From a bacterium (GTDB lineage Archaea; Thermoplasmatota; E2; JACPAO01; JAHFTW01), in NCBI GenBank assembly GCA_040390065.1, contig JAZJZE010000009.1:32001-96000 (forward strand): a stretch of 64,000 bases of DNA, read 5' to 3'. Shown here piece by piece: positions 35,599 to 45,329 of this stretch (its first letter is position 1; each line of letters opens with the position of its first letter). The translations under genes and the position numbers were made by a program. Below the pieces are notes generated by a model. It was not told the DNA's origin and did not search any database. It worked only from the letters and a program-made list of their open reading frames with translations.

Positions 35599-36945
35599 TT
35601 AGGGCGGGGCGGGCTGGTTGAAGCCGGGCCACGCCGATGAGGGACCGAAGTAGGAATCCATGGCCCCGGTGTTCGCATCAAATCCCACGTAGGCAAGAAT
35701 AAACGAGTTGCCGCCGGCCGACTTGAAACTCACCTGATACTCCGCCCAACCGCTAGCCGGATCCCGCGGCGCGTAGAACTGCGGAAAGCCGTACAGCACA
35801 GAAACCCTTGCCACGTCGTCCTGCCCCGGAAGCCCGAGCCGGGCAAAGTCCGCGAGCACGTCTGGGAGCGAGGCCGCCGGCCAAGGACTCGCGCGAATCT
35901 GGCCGCAGGTCATGCCGTCAGCCGCCACCTTGTGCGCCGCCGACCTCGTGACTTCAATTTGAGGCTGCGATAGTGGCGTGTCGTCCTGCATCCATTTTAT
36001 CTGATAGGTGGCAGAGAAGTTGTCGTCTTCCAGCACGGTGAACGTTGCTCCCTCGTGGGTGGTGTTGTAGGGGATGAGCAAGGGGGTCAGGCCCACCGTT
36101 GAAACGTACGGCGCGGAGAGGTCGGCAATCCAGATGCACGCTTTCGACCAGTCGACGCCCTTCGCCGTGTCCGAGGACTTGAGCTTGTCAAGCCATTCCA
36201 ACGCCGTGAAGCGACTTCCAAGGGCCTTCTCCCCTTCCCCTGGGAACATCTGGCCCTGCCACGCGGCCTGCGGGGGCGGCTGGCCCTCCAGGGGGAGGTA
36301 ATCCGCGCGCCCGAGCTCGGCCCCGTCCTGGTAGGACACGACGTCGAAGCCAGGCCCGTGGTCGGCGATGAGCCGATCGTCGGAGCCGGCATAGGTGTAA
36401 TCACCCACATAGTCGTCGTGCATGAAGAAGTGTGGGCCAGGCCGCTTGACGTCGAGCATTGGGTGGCCATTGACCGCAACTTCGTGGGCGTCGAGTGCCA
36501 CGGGTGGGCGACCCGACGCGTCGACAAGGGCGCCGTCACGGCGAAACTTCAGGAGAAGACCAAGACCGTAGGGAGCTGGCCGGCCCGCCTCCTTCCATTC
36601 GAGCCGCATGGAGCGCGTGCATTGTTCTTCCTTGTCCCTGTTGCAGCCCTGCCAGTAGGCGACGACTCGCAGGTCGGCATCGAGAAACCAGATGGGATTT
36701 GGGTCCAATGGGCGATCGAGGTCAACGAACAGTCTGTACACCTTCACGATGGACCCGTTGGTCCACGGAACCGTAACGGGTCCGTCCAACGTCAGCGCAA
36801 CACGTTTGCCATCCCTGTCGACAAGGTCGGCATGAAAGCCGCGCAAAGTTCTCAGCTCGGTGGGGGCCTCGGGCGTGAGGCAGCCGCAGGTCGCGGCAAG
36901 CAGCATGCCGAAAGCGAACGGGATCGGCACCCAACGAGAGCTCAT
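35599..36945 (-). CDS. Hypothetical lipoprotein-like protein (lower-GC island)
   Basis: Signal with TCGC; ATGA-coupled to upstream gene; atypical codon use. Confidence 0.7.
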   Translation of the reverse strand: MSSRWVPIPFAFGMLLAATCGCLTPEAPTELRTLRGFHADLVDRDGKRVALTLDGPVTVPWTNGSIVKVYRLFVDLDRPLDPNPIWFLDADLRVVAYWQGCNRDKEEQCTRSMRLEWKEAGRPAPYGLGLLLKFRRDGALVDASGRPPVALDAHEVAVNGHPMLDVKRPGPHFFMHDDYVGDYTYAGSDDRLIADHGPGFDVVSYQDGAELGRADYLPLEGQPPPQAAWQGQMFPGEGEKALGSRFTALEWLDKLKSSDTAKGVDWSKACIWIADLSAPYVSTVGLTPLLIPYNTTHEGATFTVLEDDNFSATYQIKWMQDDTPLSQPQIEVTRSAAHKVAADGMTCGQIRASPWPAASLPDVLADFARLGLPGQDDVARVSVLYGFPQFYAPRDPASGWAEYQVSFKSAGGNSFILAYVGFDANTGAMDSYFGPSSAWPGFNQPAPP

Positions 36946-37631
36946 GGCATCGAATGATACGTTGCGTCCGTTTGGGCCGGGTCGGTGCAGTGCAAGCACG
37001 CCGAAAGGCCGGTCACGACGACCTCAACGTGTGCCGTAAACGCCGTCCCAAAGGTCATCTTCTGGTTGTCCTCCGCCCAAAACGTCCAGCACTCATCGCC
37101 GGTCGCACTTTGCGAGAACGAGCACGTAACGGTCGGGAAGTCGTCGACTGGGCGCTCGGGTCCATAGAACTGCCCGTCCACACTCGCCGACCCGGCTGTG
37201 CCGCGCCCGCCACCCCCTCCGCCACCGGCCGCATACCCGCAATCCCAGGGGGTGCCCGGATAGGTCATGCTAGAACAGAAGGACCATTGGTCCACTTGGG
37301 CCCAGGCATCTGCAATCGCATAAACGCCATCGAGGCCCTCCGTGACTCCACTCGTGTTGGGCCCGCGGGTTTCGACCAGCGCCCCGACGACGTTTCCGGC
37401 GTCCCCGACCGACGGCCTCGTCCAGACGCAACTGGGCCCCTCCGAAGTGTGGTCGCCCTCGTCAGGGATGCAATGCGGCACAGGCGCGGAACCAATGACA
37501 TCCGCAATGTTCGCACCAATGCAGGATTTCAGGGACGAATAGGTTGCGCACTGCGTGGTCACGGCCTGACCCGGAAACGGGAGGGCTGCCATGACCATGA
37601 GACATGCTACGGTTGGCATTAGGGTTTTCAT
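36942..37631 (-). CDS. Secreted Cys-containing hypothetical protein (lower-GC island)
   Basis: Signal peptide MKTLMPTVACLMVMAAL; multiple Cys. Confidence 0.65.
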   Translation of the reverse strand: MKTLMPTVACLMVMAALPFPGQAVTTQCATYSSLKSCIGANIADVIGSAPVPHCIPDEGDHTSEGPSCVWTRPSVGDAGNVVGALVETRGPNTSGVTEGLDGVYAIADAWAQVDQWSFCSSMTYPGTPWDCGYAAGGGGGGGRGTAGSASVDGQFYGPERPVDDFPTVTCSFSQSATGDECWTFWAEDNQKMTFGTAFTAHVEVVVTGLSACLHCTDPAQTDATYHSMP

Positions 37632-37668
37632 GCGACGCACCGCCCCGGTCAGGAGGCAGCCGCGGGAC

Positions 37669-37683
37669 GGGGGGGGGGGGGGG
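37669..37683. repeat. G15 homopolymer tract
   Basis: 15 consecutive G, 38 bp upstream of the ATG at 37631 (minus strand). Confidence 0.9.
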
Positions 37684-37757
37684 CCAATATCAATGTTGGT
37701 ATGGCGCCATTGCATCATTCACTGGATGTGGCCGCAGAGCCCAGCTAGCTGTCCGCG

Positions 37758-39146
37758 TCATGCGCGCCGCTTCGCCGCTAGCACCGCCGCCGCGATTGCC
37801 ATGAAGGCGAGCGGCATGGGACTGGGCTTTGGATTGTCGGTAGTGCTCGTCTGGGCGACCGGCCCGGAACCCTGCACCACTTGCACGGTGAGGTGCTCGG
37901 CGAGCACGTTGTCCTTGCCGCCCGCAGCGTACGTGAGCGTCGCATTGACGACGTAGTCGCCGGGCGTGGCCGTCTTGGGGACGCTCACGACGAGTTTCTG
38001 CGGCAGCGTCGTGCCTGGCGGGACGGGGACATGGTTCGGGTCCCATGCGTGGCACGGGTTGTCTTTCGGGCAGTTCCACGCCACCGGGTCCGTCGCCTCG
38101 GCGAAGGGGTGGCCGGTGCCACCGCCCGAGTTCGTGATGTTGAAACTGAACGTCGCCGTGCCGCCGGGGGCCGCCGTCTTCAGCACGCGGTCGACCGTCT
38201 CCACGAGGATTGGCTGCGAGTCCGTGATGGCGCCGCCCGCGACGCTGGACCCGATGTGGATGTCCTTCACCGCCCGGTTGCCGGCAAGGTCCGTTGCCTC
38301 GACGCGGATCACGTCAGCGGCCGTGAGGTCGCGGTCCGTCCACTCGTAGGCGGGCCCATACCTTTCGCACGCCTGGCCCGGGGCACCGCTGCAGGGAGGC
38401 GCGACGACCCCGCCGACGCCGTAGGGGCCGTAGTCGGGTTCGTAGTCCGCGTCCCACAGGCGGCCCTCCCAGTCCTTGAGTTGGGCTGTGATGTCCTTGC
38501 CATTCAAGAGAACGGTGTGGGAGGCCAGCGGTTCGCCAAACTCGATGGTGAGCTTGTGGCCGGACAGCGCGGTGCCGTCGCCGGGGAGGACGATGGGCCA
38601 AGGCGCCGTCTTGTCATGCTTGAGCATCTGCGCCGGGTCGCCGTCGCACTTCTCCTGCGCCGGCGTCGTCTGTGTGTCGCAGTTGTCCACGACGGCCTTC
38701 GCCCAGAAGCGCGCGAGTTCGTTGTTGTTCGCATCGTACGCATGCACGGCGGCCGCGTAGGTTCCGTCCGGCACGAGCGGCGTCTTGATGGGGATGAAGA
38801 AGCCGTCCGACGGCTCGCGGTCGGCGCGGTAGTTGGGGACGTAGGTTCCCGTCACCCAGACCGGCGTGCCGCACATCTGCTGATCGAAGTCGTACGTGTA
38901 CGGCCCGAAACTGAAGCCGAACACCTTGATGTCGGCGGCCTTGGCACCGATGGCCTGGAACTGCACGAAGAACTGCCCCTGCGCATGGATGAAACCGTCC
39001 TGCTGCGGCTGCAAGTCCGGGTTGCGGAAGACCAGCAGGAGGCTGTCGTCGACGGGACAGTGGTGAGCCTGGGCGGCTGCGGGAGGAGCCCACGACAGCG
39101 CGAACGCGGCCAACACGACGAAGGGCAGGACCCGGGCGACGGACAT
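37758..39146 (-). CDS. Secreted Ig-like protein with C-terminal sorting-type tail
   Basis: Signal peptide; NEW3/CARDB-like C-terminal domain; tail KPSP-TM-KRRA. Confidence 0.78.
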   Translation of the reverse strand: MSVARVLPFVVLAAFALSWAPPAAAQAHHCPVDDSLLLVFRNPDLQPQQDGFIHAQGQFFVQFQAIGAKAADIKVFGFSFGPYTYDFDQQMCGTPVWVTGTYVPNYRADREPSDGFFIPIKTPLVPDGTYAAAVHAYDANNNELARFWAKAVVDNCDTQTTPAQEKCDGDPAQMLKHDKTAPWPIVLPGDGTALSGHKLTIEFGEPLASHTVLLNGKDITAQLKDWEGRLWDADYEPDYGPYGVGGVVAPPCSGAPGQACERYGPAYEWTDRDLTAADVIRVEATDLAGNRAVKDIHIGSSVAGGAITDSQPILVETVDRVLKTAAPGGTATFSFNITNSGGGTGHPFAEATDPVAWNCPKDNPCHAWDPNHVPVPPGTTLPQKLVVSVPKTATPGDYVVNATLTYAAGGKDNVLAEHLTVQVVQGSGPVAQTSTTDNPKPSPMPLAFMAIAAAVLAAKRRA

Positions 39147-39209
39147 GCAACTGGCAGCGCACGCGGCGGGGAAAAGCGTTTCCGGAAAACCTGCGGGTCA
39201 AGGGCCAAC

Positions 39210-39739
39210 GAGGGATTCGTCAAACCTCCGACGGCGCTGCCGACCTCGACGACGGGTCAACAGATGCAACCGATGCAACCGATGACCACGACGCTCCATC
39301 GGACAGCAGGAATCCTGCGTGCCAACACCCGCCGACTGATCCGTCATCCTCCGGCGGCTGCGACGTCAAGGACGGAAGCGACGGACGCGGCGCGCAGGGC
39401 CCCCCGGTCGGGGCGAGCGAATGCGCCGCGAGGCGCGCAGAGCGAGGGCTTGGCGAGCCGAGCGCAGCGATGGCTGGGGCCGCCGGGGGGCCTGAAAGAC
39501 AGGGAAGCGAACGAAAAAAACCGGAAAGCGACCTTTCCAGCCTTCGGCGACTTCGCTGCTTTTCAGGCAAAGGCGGCCTCGGAGAACCGGAAACGACGGA
39601 AGAACAGGAACCCATTCCCGTCCTCCCCACTAGATTCCTGTTCTCCAAGGCCCCCCACACCCCGCCACGCGGCCACCTCGTTGCCCGCGCCGCCGTCGGA
39701 GGTCGGCGTGGCCGGTCGTTGGCTCTGCTTCGCGCGACC
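39210..39739 (-). repeat. Structured intergenic repeat family B, copy 3 (longest, with internal insert)
   Basis: All modules present; 39664-39739 is the exact reverse complement of 52911-52986. Confidence 0.9.
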
Positions 39740-39840
39740 AATGCGTTGGGAGGGGCCGGAGGAGTCGCGGCCTTGGGGCGGCCGCCGATGGCATCATCGC
39801 TCGGAGCAGAGTCTATCGGGACGTCCCGCCTGCGCCTGTC

Positions 39841-40389
39841 GTGGCCAAGCGCGCCAGTGCCTTGCCCGTGCGCATCCGAACGGGCCGCGTCGGCGACCTT
39901 GGCTGGATGTTCTACCGTCAAGCCGTCGTGTACGCCGAGGAATTCGGGTACAGCCCGGTCTTCGAGCGCTACGTGTCGCATGGCTTGGCTCCGTTCCTCG
40001 ACGACTTCGACGCCGGCAAGGACCGGATCTGGATGGCGTCACGCGGTGCCGAACGGCTGGGCTTCATCGCCATCCAACACGACCCGACGCGGCGCGGCTG
40101 GGCGAAGCTGCGCTGGTTCCTCGTCGAGAAGGAGGCGCGTGGGCTCGGCGTCGGACGCAGGCTCATGCAGGCCGCGCTCGCCTTCGCCCGCAAGGCCGGA
40201 TACCGCGGTGTGTACTTGTGGACCGTCGACGACCTCGCGGCCGCGCGGCGCGTCTACGTGACGAGCGGATTCGTCCTCGTGCACGAGGCCACCGAGCCGT
40301 GCGAGTGGGCGCCGTGGGGGCACGAGCAGAGATGGGAGCTCGAGTTGGCGCGCCGACCGCGGCGGGCACGCTCACCTGCAAAGCACTAA
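39841..40389 (+). CDS. GNAT family N-acetyltransferase
   Basis: [19 protein letters not shown] acetyl-CoA motif, AARRVY. Confidence 0.88.
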   Translation: MAKRASALPVRIRTGRVGDLGWMFYRQAVVYAEEFGYSPVFERYVSHGLAPFLDDFDAGKDRIWMASRGAERLGFIAIQHDPTRRGWAKLRWFLVEKEARGLGVGRRLMQAALAFARKAGYRGVYLWTVDDLAAARRVYVTSGFVLVHEATEPCEWAPWGHEQRWELELARRPRRARSPAKH

Positions 40390-40423
40390 ATGGCACGTGG
40401 CCGTAGGGGAATTCCCGTTGCAT

Positions 40424-42085
40424 ATGACCAAGTACGTGGTCGTGACGGGCGGTGTACTCTCGGGGCTCGGCAAGGGCATCACGACGAGCAGCATCGGGAC
40501 GTTGCTGAAAGCGCGCGGAATCAGCCTCACGGCTGTCAAGATCGACCCGTACCTCAACTCGGACGCGGGCACGATGAACCCATTCGAGCACGGCGAGGTC
40601 TTCGTCCTGAACGACGGCGGCGAGGTGGACCTCGACTTGGGGAACTACGAAAGGTTCCTCGACATCCCGCTCGGGCGTGACAACAACATCACGACCGGCA
40701 AGGTGTACAAGGCTGTCATCGACAAGGAGCGCCGCGGCGATTACCTTGGCAAGACGGTGCAGATCGTGCCGCACATCACGAACGAGATCCGGGAGTGGAT
40801 CAAGCGCGTGGCCAAGAAGAGCAACGCGCAAGTCTGCCTCGTCGAAGTCGGCGGCACCGTGGGTGACATCGAGTCCGCGCCGTTCCTGGAGGCCATCCGG
40901 CAACTGCACCGCGAAGTCGGTCACGACAACCTGTTCCTCATCCACACAAGCCTGGTCCCCGTGGTGGGCGCCGTGGGCGAACAGAAGACCAAGCCGACGC
41001 AGCACACGGTGCGCGACCTCAAGGCCATCGGCTTGCACCCCGACATGATCGTCTGCCGCAGCGCGCAACCGCTCGTGCCCGAGATCCGCGAGAAGATCGC
41101 CAGTTTCTGCGACGTGGACGAGGCCGCCGTCATCTCGGCGCACGACGCGCGTACCATCTACGAGGTGCCCCTTATCCTGGAGGAGCAAGGCGTGCCCGAC
41201 TACATCCTGCAGCGCCTCGGCATGGCCAAGACGAAGGATGCAAAGCCGCCGGAGCTTGGGACGTGGCGCGACCTCGTGGACCGCATCCTCAACCCGCACC
41301 ACGAGGTCACCGTGGCCTTCGTCGGCAAATACACCGACCTGTCCGACTCGTACCTCAGCATCAACGAGGCGCTGCGGCACGCGGGCGCCAGCCTTGACAC
41401 GAAGGTGAAGATCGCCTACATCGAAGGCGAGGACCTGGAGGAGGACGACCGCGAGGCGTGGCGGCGCTTGCGGGAAGCGGACGCCATCCTCGTCGGCCCC
41501 GGCTTCGGCTCGCGTGGCACCGAGGGCAAGATCCGCGCCATCCAGCACGCCCGCGAAGGCGGCATCCCGTTCCTCGGCATCTGCCTCGGCATGCAGCTGT
41601 CATGCGTCGAGTTCGCGCGCAACGCGTGCGGCCTGCCTGGCGCCAACTCGACGGAGATGGACCCGGACACCAAGCACCCCGTCATCTGCATCCTGCCCGA
41701 GCAGTACGAGATCGCGGAACTCGGAGGCACCATGCGCCTTGGCGCCTACGAATGCGTCCTTGCGCCCGGCTCCTTGGCGGCCGACACATACGGCGCCAAC
41801 GTCGTGACGGAACGGCACCGCCACCGCTACGAGATGAACCCAGAGTACACCGCGACGCTCGAGGCGAAAGGCCTCGTCTTCTCAGGACGCATGCCGGACC
41901 GGCCCATCATGGAGATCATCGAGTTGCCACGCGACGTGCACCCGTACTTCATCGGCAGCCAGTTCCACCCCGAGATGAACTCCAGGCCCCAGAAGCCCGG
42001 CCCGCTCTTCGTCGGCCTCGTCGAGGCGGCACTCATCCAGAAAGGTGTCCTGAACCCCGGCCCTGAACCCGTGGCGGCAGCCTAG
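40424..42085 (+). CDS. pyrG: CTP synthase
   Basis: [29 protein letters not shown] motifs. Confidence 0.98.
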   Translation: MTKYVVVTGGVLSGLGKGITTSSIGTLLKARGISLTAVKIDPYLNSDAGTMNPFEHGEVFVLNDGGEVDLDLGNYERFLDIPLGRDNNITTGKVYKAVIDKERRGDYLGKTVQIVPHITNEIREWIKRVAKKSNAQVCLVEVGGTVGDIESAPFLEAIRQLHREVGHDNLFLIHTSLVPVVGAVGEQKTKPTQHTVRDLKAIGLHPDMIVCRSAQPLVPEIREKIASFCDVDEAAVISAHDARTIYEVPLILEEQGVPDYILQRLGMAKTKDAKPPELGTWRDLVDRILNPHHEVTVAFVGKYTDLSDSYLSINEALRHAGASLDTKVKIAYIEGEDLEEDDREAWRRLREADAILVGPGFGSRGTEGKIRAIQHAREGGIPFLGICLGMQLSCVEFARNACGLPGANSTEMDPDTKHPVICILPEQYEIAELGGTMRLGAYECVLAPGSLAADTYGANVVTERHRHRYEMNPEYTATLEAKGLVFSGRMPDRPIMEIIELPRDVHPYFIGSQFHPEMNSRPQKPGPLFVGLVEAALIQKGVLNPGPEPVAAA

Positions 42086-42156
42086 AGCCCCTGGCTTCGC
42101 GTTTTATACGCGACCCGAGATGGCACGCCGCGCGGCGCCCGCCCGCGGTGTTCACA

Positions 42157-42846
42157 ATGGCCCACGACCGTTCAACCAGCGCAAAGATCATCGCCGAATT
42201 CATCGGCACGTTCACGCTCATCTACGTCGGCATCCTGGTCTTGTCCAACGGCGGCGGCGCCGGCCTGACGGGCGCAGCCTTGGCCCACGGCCTCGCCATC
42301 GCCGTCATGGTAAGCGCCACCATGATGATCTCCGGAGGCCACCTCAACCCGGCCGTCACCTTCGGTGCCTGGGTCGGCGGCAAGATCCGCGGCGGCGAAG
42401 CCATGTCCTACGTCCTTGCCCAACTGGCCGGAGGCGCAGCGGGCGGCCTGCTTGCCAAACTGTCCCTCGGCGGTGTGAATGGCGGCGCCGGCGTCCCAGC
42501 CCTCGGGCACTACGCCGACGGCACTGCCGTCCCCGTCGAAGCGGGCATCCTCATCGAAGCCGTCCTGACGTTCTTCCTCGTCTTCGTGGTCTACGGCACG
42601 GGCATCGACGCACGCTTTGGCGGCCGCATCGGCGGCTTGGCCATCGGGCTGACCGTCGCCCTCGACATCCTGGCCGGCGGACCCTTGACGGGCGCGGCCA
42701 TGAACCCGGCGCGCTGGTTCGGCGCGGCGCTCCCCGCACAGCAGTGGAGGCAAGCCAGCGTCTACCTGGTCGGCCCTCTGTTGGGCGGGGCATTGGCCGG
42801 GCTGGTCTATTCGAGGTTCCTCTCAGCCAAGCCATCGCAGGCTTAG
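42157..42846 (+). CDS. Aquaporin (MIP family)
   Basis: SGGHLNPAVT and AMNPAR motifs. Confidence 0.95.
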   Translation: MAHDRSTSAKIIAEFIGTFTLIYVGILVLSNGGGAGLTGAALAHGLAIAVMVSATMMISGGHLNPAVTFGAWVGGKIRGGEAMSYVLAQLAGGAAGGLLAKLSLGGVNGGAGVPALGHYADGTAVPVEAGILIEAVLTFFLVFVVYGTGIDARFGGRIGGLAIGLTVALDILAGGPLTGAAMNPARWFGAALPAQQWRQASVYLVGPLLGGALAGLVYSRFLSAKPSQA

Positions 42847-42852
42847 TCCGGT

Positions 42853-45261
42853 CTAGCTCCGGCGGCGCAACAGCACGACCATGAGGGCCACGATGAGTGC
42901 CGCCGCGGCTGCCGCGCCGAGGATGACGCTCAGCCACGCGCCCTTCGAGGGTGCCGGCGATGCCAGCCCTGCGGGGACTGCGTCCGGAGTGGCCGCGGAG
43001 GGGCCGCTGCCGGCCGCCAGGAAGCGGCTCTCCTGGCAGACGTCGCCGACGCCGTCGCGGTCGAGGTCGTCCTGCTGCAGGTTGGATGCGTACGGGCAGT
43101 TGTCCACGCCGTTTGCCACGGTGTCGCCGTCGATGTCGGGGTCGCACGCGTCACCGAGGCCGTTGCCGTCCAGGTCTGCCTGCGTCGGGTTGGCGTTGTC
43201 GGGGCAGTCGTCGGCCGCGTTGACGATGGCGTCATTGTCGCGGTCGGCGTCGCACACGTCGCCCTTGCCGTCGAGGTCCAGGTCCGCCTGGCCCGGGTCG
43301 GCGATGAAGACGCAGTCATCGACGGCGTTGGGCCAACCGTCGCCGTCGACGTCCGAGCCGGCCACCGCCGGGTCGACGCCGTCGTGTGGCGGGCGCGGCG
43401 CCTGGCCGTTGTCTTGCGAAATGGTGGGCTTCAGGCACGGCGGGTTCTGCACGACGCCAATGATTTGCGTCATGGTACCCGTGTTGCCGTTGGCATCCAT
43501 GACGGTCAGGGTGACGATGTAGTCGCCCGCGGCCTGGTACTCGTGCATGGGGCTCTGGTCGGTGCTGGTGCCGCCATCGCCGAAGCTCCAGTCCCACGCG
43601 ATCACGGCCCCGCCGTTCGGGAGGGGGGCCGTCGTGTCGCTGAAGAAGACCGGGGGCAGGCCGCAGCCGCTTTGGATCCACTTCCAGCTCGCCGGCGGGG
43701 GCGGCGGGGGCGGGATGACGAGCGGGTTGCCTCCGCCGGTGTCGTACATGTAGGCGGTGTCCGCGCCCAGCCCAGTCAACTGCGCGACGATCGGGAAGTC
43801 GCCTTGCACGAGGAACGTGCCGCCGCTGCTGGCCGTGCTGGCCGGGAGCTTGGGCGTCATGCAGGAGTACCCTGACGAGCCGATGGGCCGGCCGGTCGGG
43901 GGCAGGGACACGATGGACAGCACACCCGTCGGGTCTGCGGAGTACAGCGTGAGGGCGGTCGTCGACGCGTAGCCGATGTAGAGGTGGTTCTCCCATGACG
44001 GGTCGGCGTAGAACCAGTGCGCCTTCACGGAGAGGTCGAGTGGCGACAACTCCATGATGGCCGGGTCGCCGTACCAACCGATTGCCTGGTACGCGCTCGT
44101 CGGGTTCTGCGTCGGGCTGACGGTTTGCGAAACCCTGCTGTGGGCAAGGTACTGGACGACATGGATGGGGGCGTCGGAGGTGATGGCCGTGTCCTTCACG
44201 AAGCGGAATTGGCGCCAGGTCGTGCTCGTGACCGAGGCCGTGGTGATTCCAGAGGTGTCGGGGACGGCGAACTGAATGTTGGCGGTGCCGGAGACGGCGC
44301 GGATGCGCAGCCAGTCGACGCCGGGGCCGTCGTCGGTGAATGCCGGGCTGTCTCCGGTTCCGCTCATGTTGGATGCGGCGGCGCACATGACGTAGACTTG
44401 GCCGGCGAGACTGTCGGGCAGCATCTCCTCGTTGATCGTGTCGCAGGAATCATCCTCGAGGTCGACGCACACTGAACCGGCGAACACCGCGCAAGCGGTG
44501 GAGCAGGTGATGCGGGAGCCGGTGAGGTCGGCGAGCGCACCGCAGCCGAGGGGGTCGGGGCTCGAGAAGGGCCAGACCGTGCACTTGACGTCGCCTTCCT
44601 TGCCCATGACGTGCAGCGCGTCGCCGCGGTTGGCCAGCGTATATGTGTAGACGGTGCCCGGCGTCATGACGGGCACGGCGGTCGGAGCAGGCGGGAGGGC
44701 CACGCTGGCCGACGTCGGCGCGCTCACCGTCACGGTGACGGTCGTCGAGGCCTTGATGGCAATGACGGTAAAGAACGCCGGCTGGGGATTGAGGTACTGG
44801 ATGTTGTTGGCGGCCGTCGCGACGCTGTAGACCTTCCCGAGCTTGCTTTCGGGCAGCAACTTGGTGGCGTCCGTCGTGGCGCTCGTGCCCTGCACTGCCG
44901 TGATCTGCATGACTTCCCAGTTGTTGTCAGGGGTCGTCGCCGTGTACGTGGCGGCGTTGCTGATCTGCGTCGTCAAGTAGAGTTCGCCGTACGCATACTG
45001 TCCCGTCATGGCGGGATTGACGATGGTGCCCGCGACGATTGCAGTACCGGCCTTTTCGAAGGTGACCTGCTGCGTGCTAAGCGATCCGGCGTTGGTGGCC
45101 GAGATGACGGTCGTGGGCTGGATGGGCCCGGCGGTCGTCGTCGTGGGCAGACCCACGGACCAGTAGATTGCGGCGTCCGAGTCATGGGGCAGTGCCACCA
45201 TCAGAAGGGCGCCAGCGCCGACGAGGGCGAGTCCGAACAAGAGGCCAGAGCGGTGCATCAT
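42853..45261 (-). CDS. Surface protein with IgGFc-binding-like, PKD and TSP type-3 domains (paralog 1)
   Basis: LLPE..LG, DLTGSRI..AVFAG, WSFGDG PKD motif, DxDxDGxxDxC repeats, TM-RRR tail. Confidence 0.85.
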   Translation of the reverse strand: MMHRSGLLFGLALVGAGALLMVALPHDSDAAIYWSVGLPTTTTAGPIQPTTVISATNAGSLSTQQVTFEKAGTAIVAGTIVNPAMTGQYAYGELYLTTQISNAATYTATTPDNNWEVMQITAVQGTSATTDATKLLPESKLGKVYSVATAANNIQYLNPQPAFFTVIAIKASTTVTVTVSAPTSASVALPPAPTAVPVMTPGTVYTYTLANRGDALHVMGKEGDVKCTVWPFSSPDPLGCGALADLTGSRITCSTACAVFAGSVCVDLEDDSCDTINEEMLPDSLAGQVYVMCAAASNMSGTGDSPAFTDDGPGVDWLRIRAVSGTANIQFAVPDTSGITTASVTSTTWRQFRFVKDTAITSDAPIHVVQYLAHSRVSQTVSPTQNPTSAYQAIGWYGDPAIMELSPLDLSVKAHWFYADPSWENHLYIGYASTTALTLYSADPTGVLSIVSLPPTGRPIGSSGYSCMTPKLPASTASSGGTFLVQGDFPIVAQLTGLGADTAYMYDTGGGNPLVIPPPPPPPASWKWIQSGCGLPPVFFSDTTAPLPNGGAVIAWDWSFGDGGTSTDQSPMHEYQAAGDYIVTLTVMDANGNTGTMTQIIGVVQNPPCLKPTISQDNGQAPRPPHDGVDPAVAGSDVDGDGWPNAVDDCVFIADPGQADLDLDGKGDVCDADRDNDAIVNAADDCPDNANPTQADLDGNGLGDACDPDIDGDTVANGVDNCPYASNLQQDDLDRDGVGDVCQESRFLAAGSGPSAATPDAVPAGLASPAPSKGAWLSVILGAAAAAALIVALMVVLLRRRS

Positions 45262-45291
45262 GGATGCTCGACCGGAACACTTGCGGGCCGG

Positions 45292-45313
45292 TATATACGG
45301 ATTCTCCTGCAAT
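45292..45313 (-). promoter_or_regulatory. Conserved promoter motif TTGCAGGAGAATCCGTATATA
   Basis: Near-identical copy at 50320-50341 upstream of paralog 3; TATA about 30 bp from the ATG. Confidence 0.7.
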
Positions 45314-45329
45314 TGCGCGGAAATCCAGC

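Noticed and set aside
39740-39841. GNAT as a MarR-GNAT fusion truncated by repeat B
   Set aside because: No MarR remnant is recognisable upstream, and stand-alone GNATs of this type are plausible
43020-43360. DxDxDG repeats as a DNA-level tandem repeat or a diversity-generating retroelement target
   Set aside because: They are protein-level TSP3 repeats with synonymous divergence; no reverse transcriptase or adenine-specific TR/VR pair was seen
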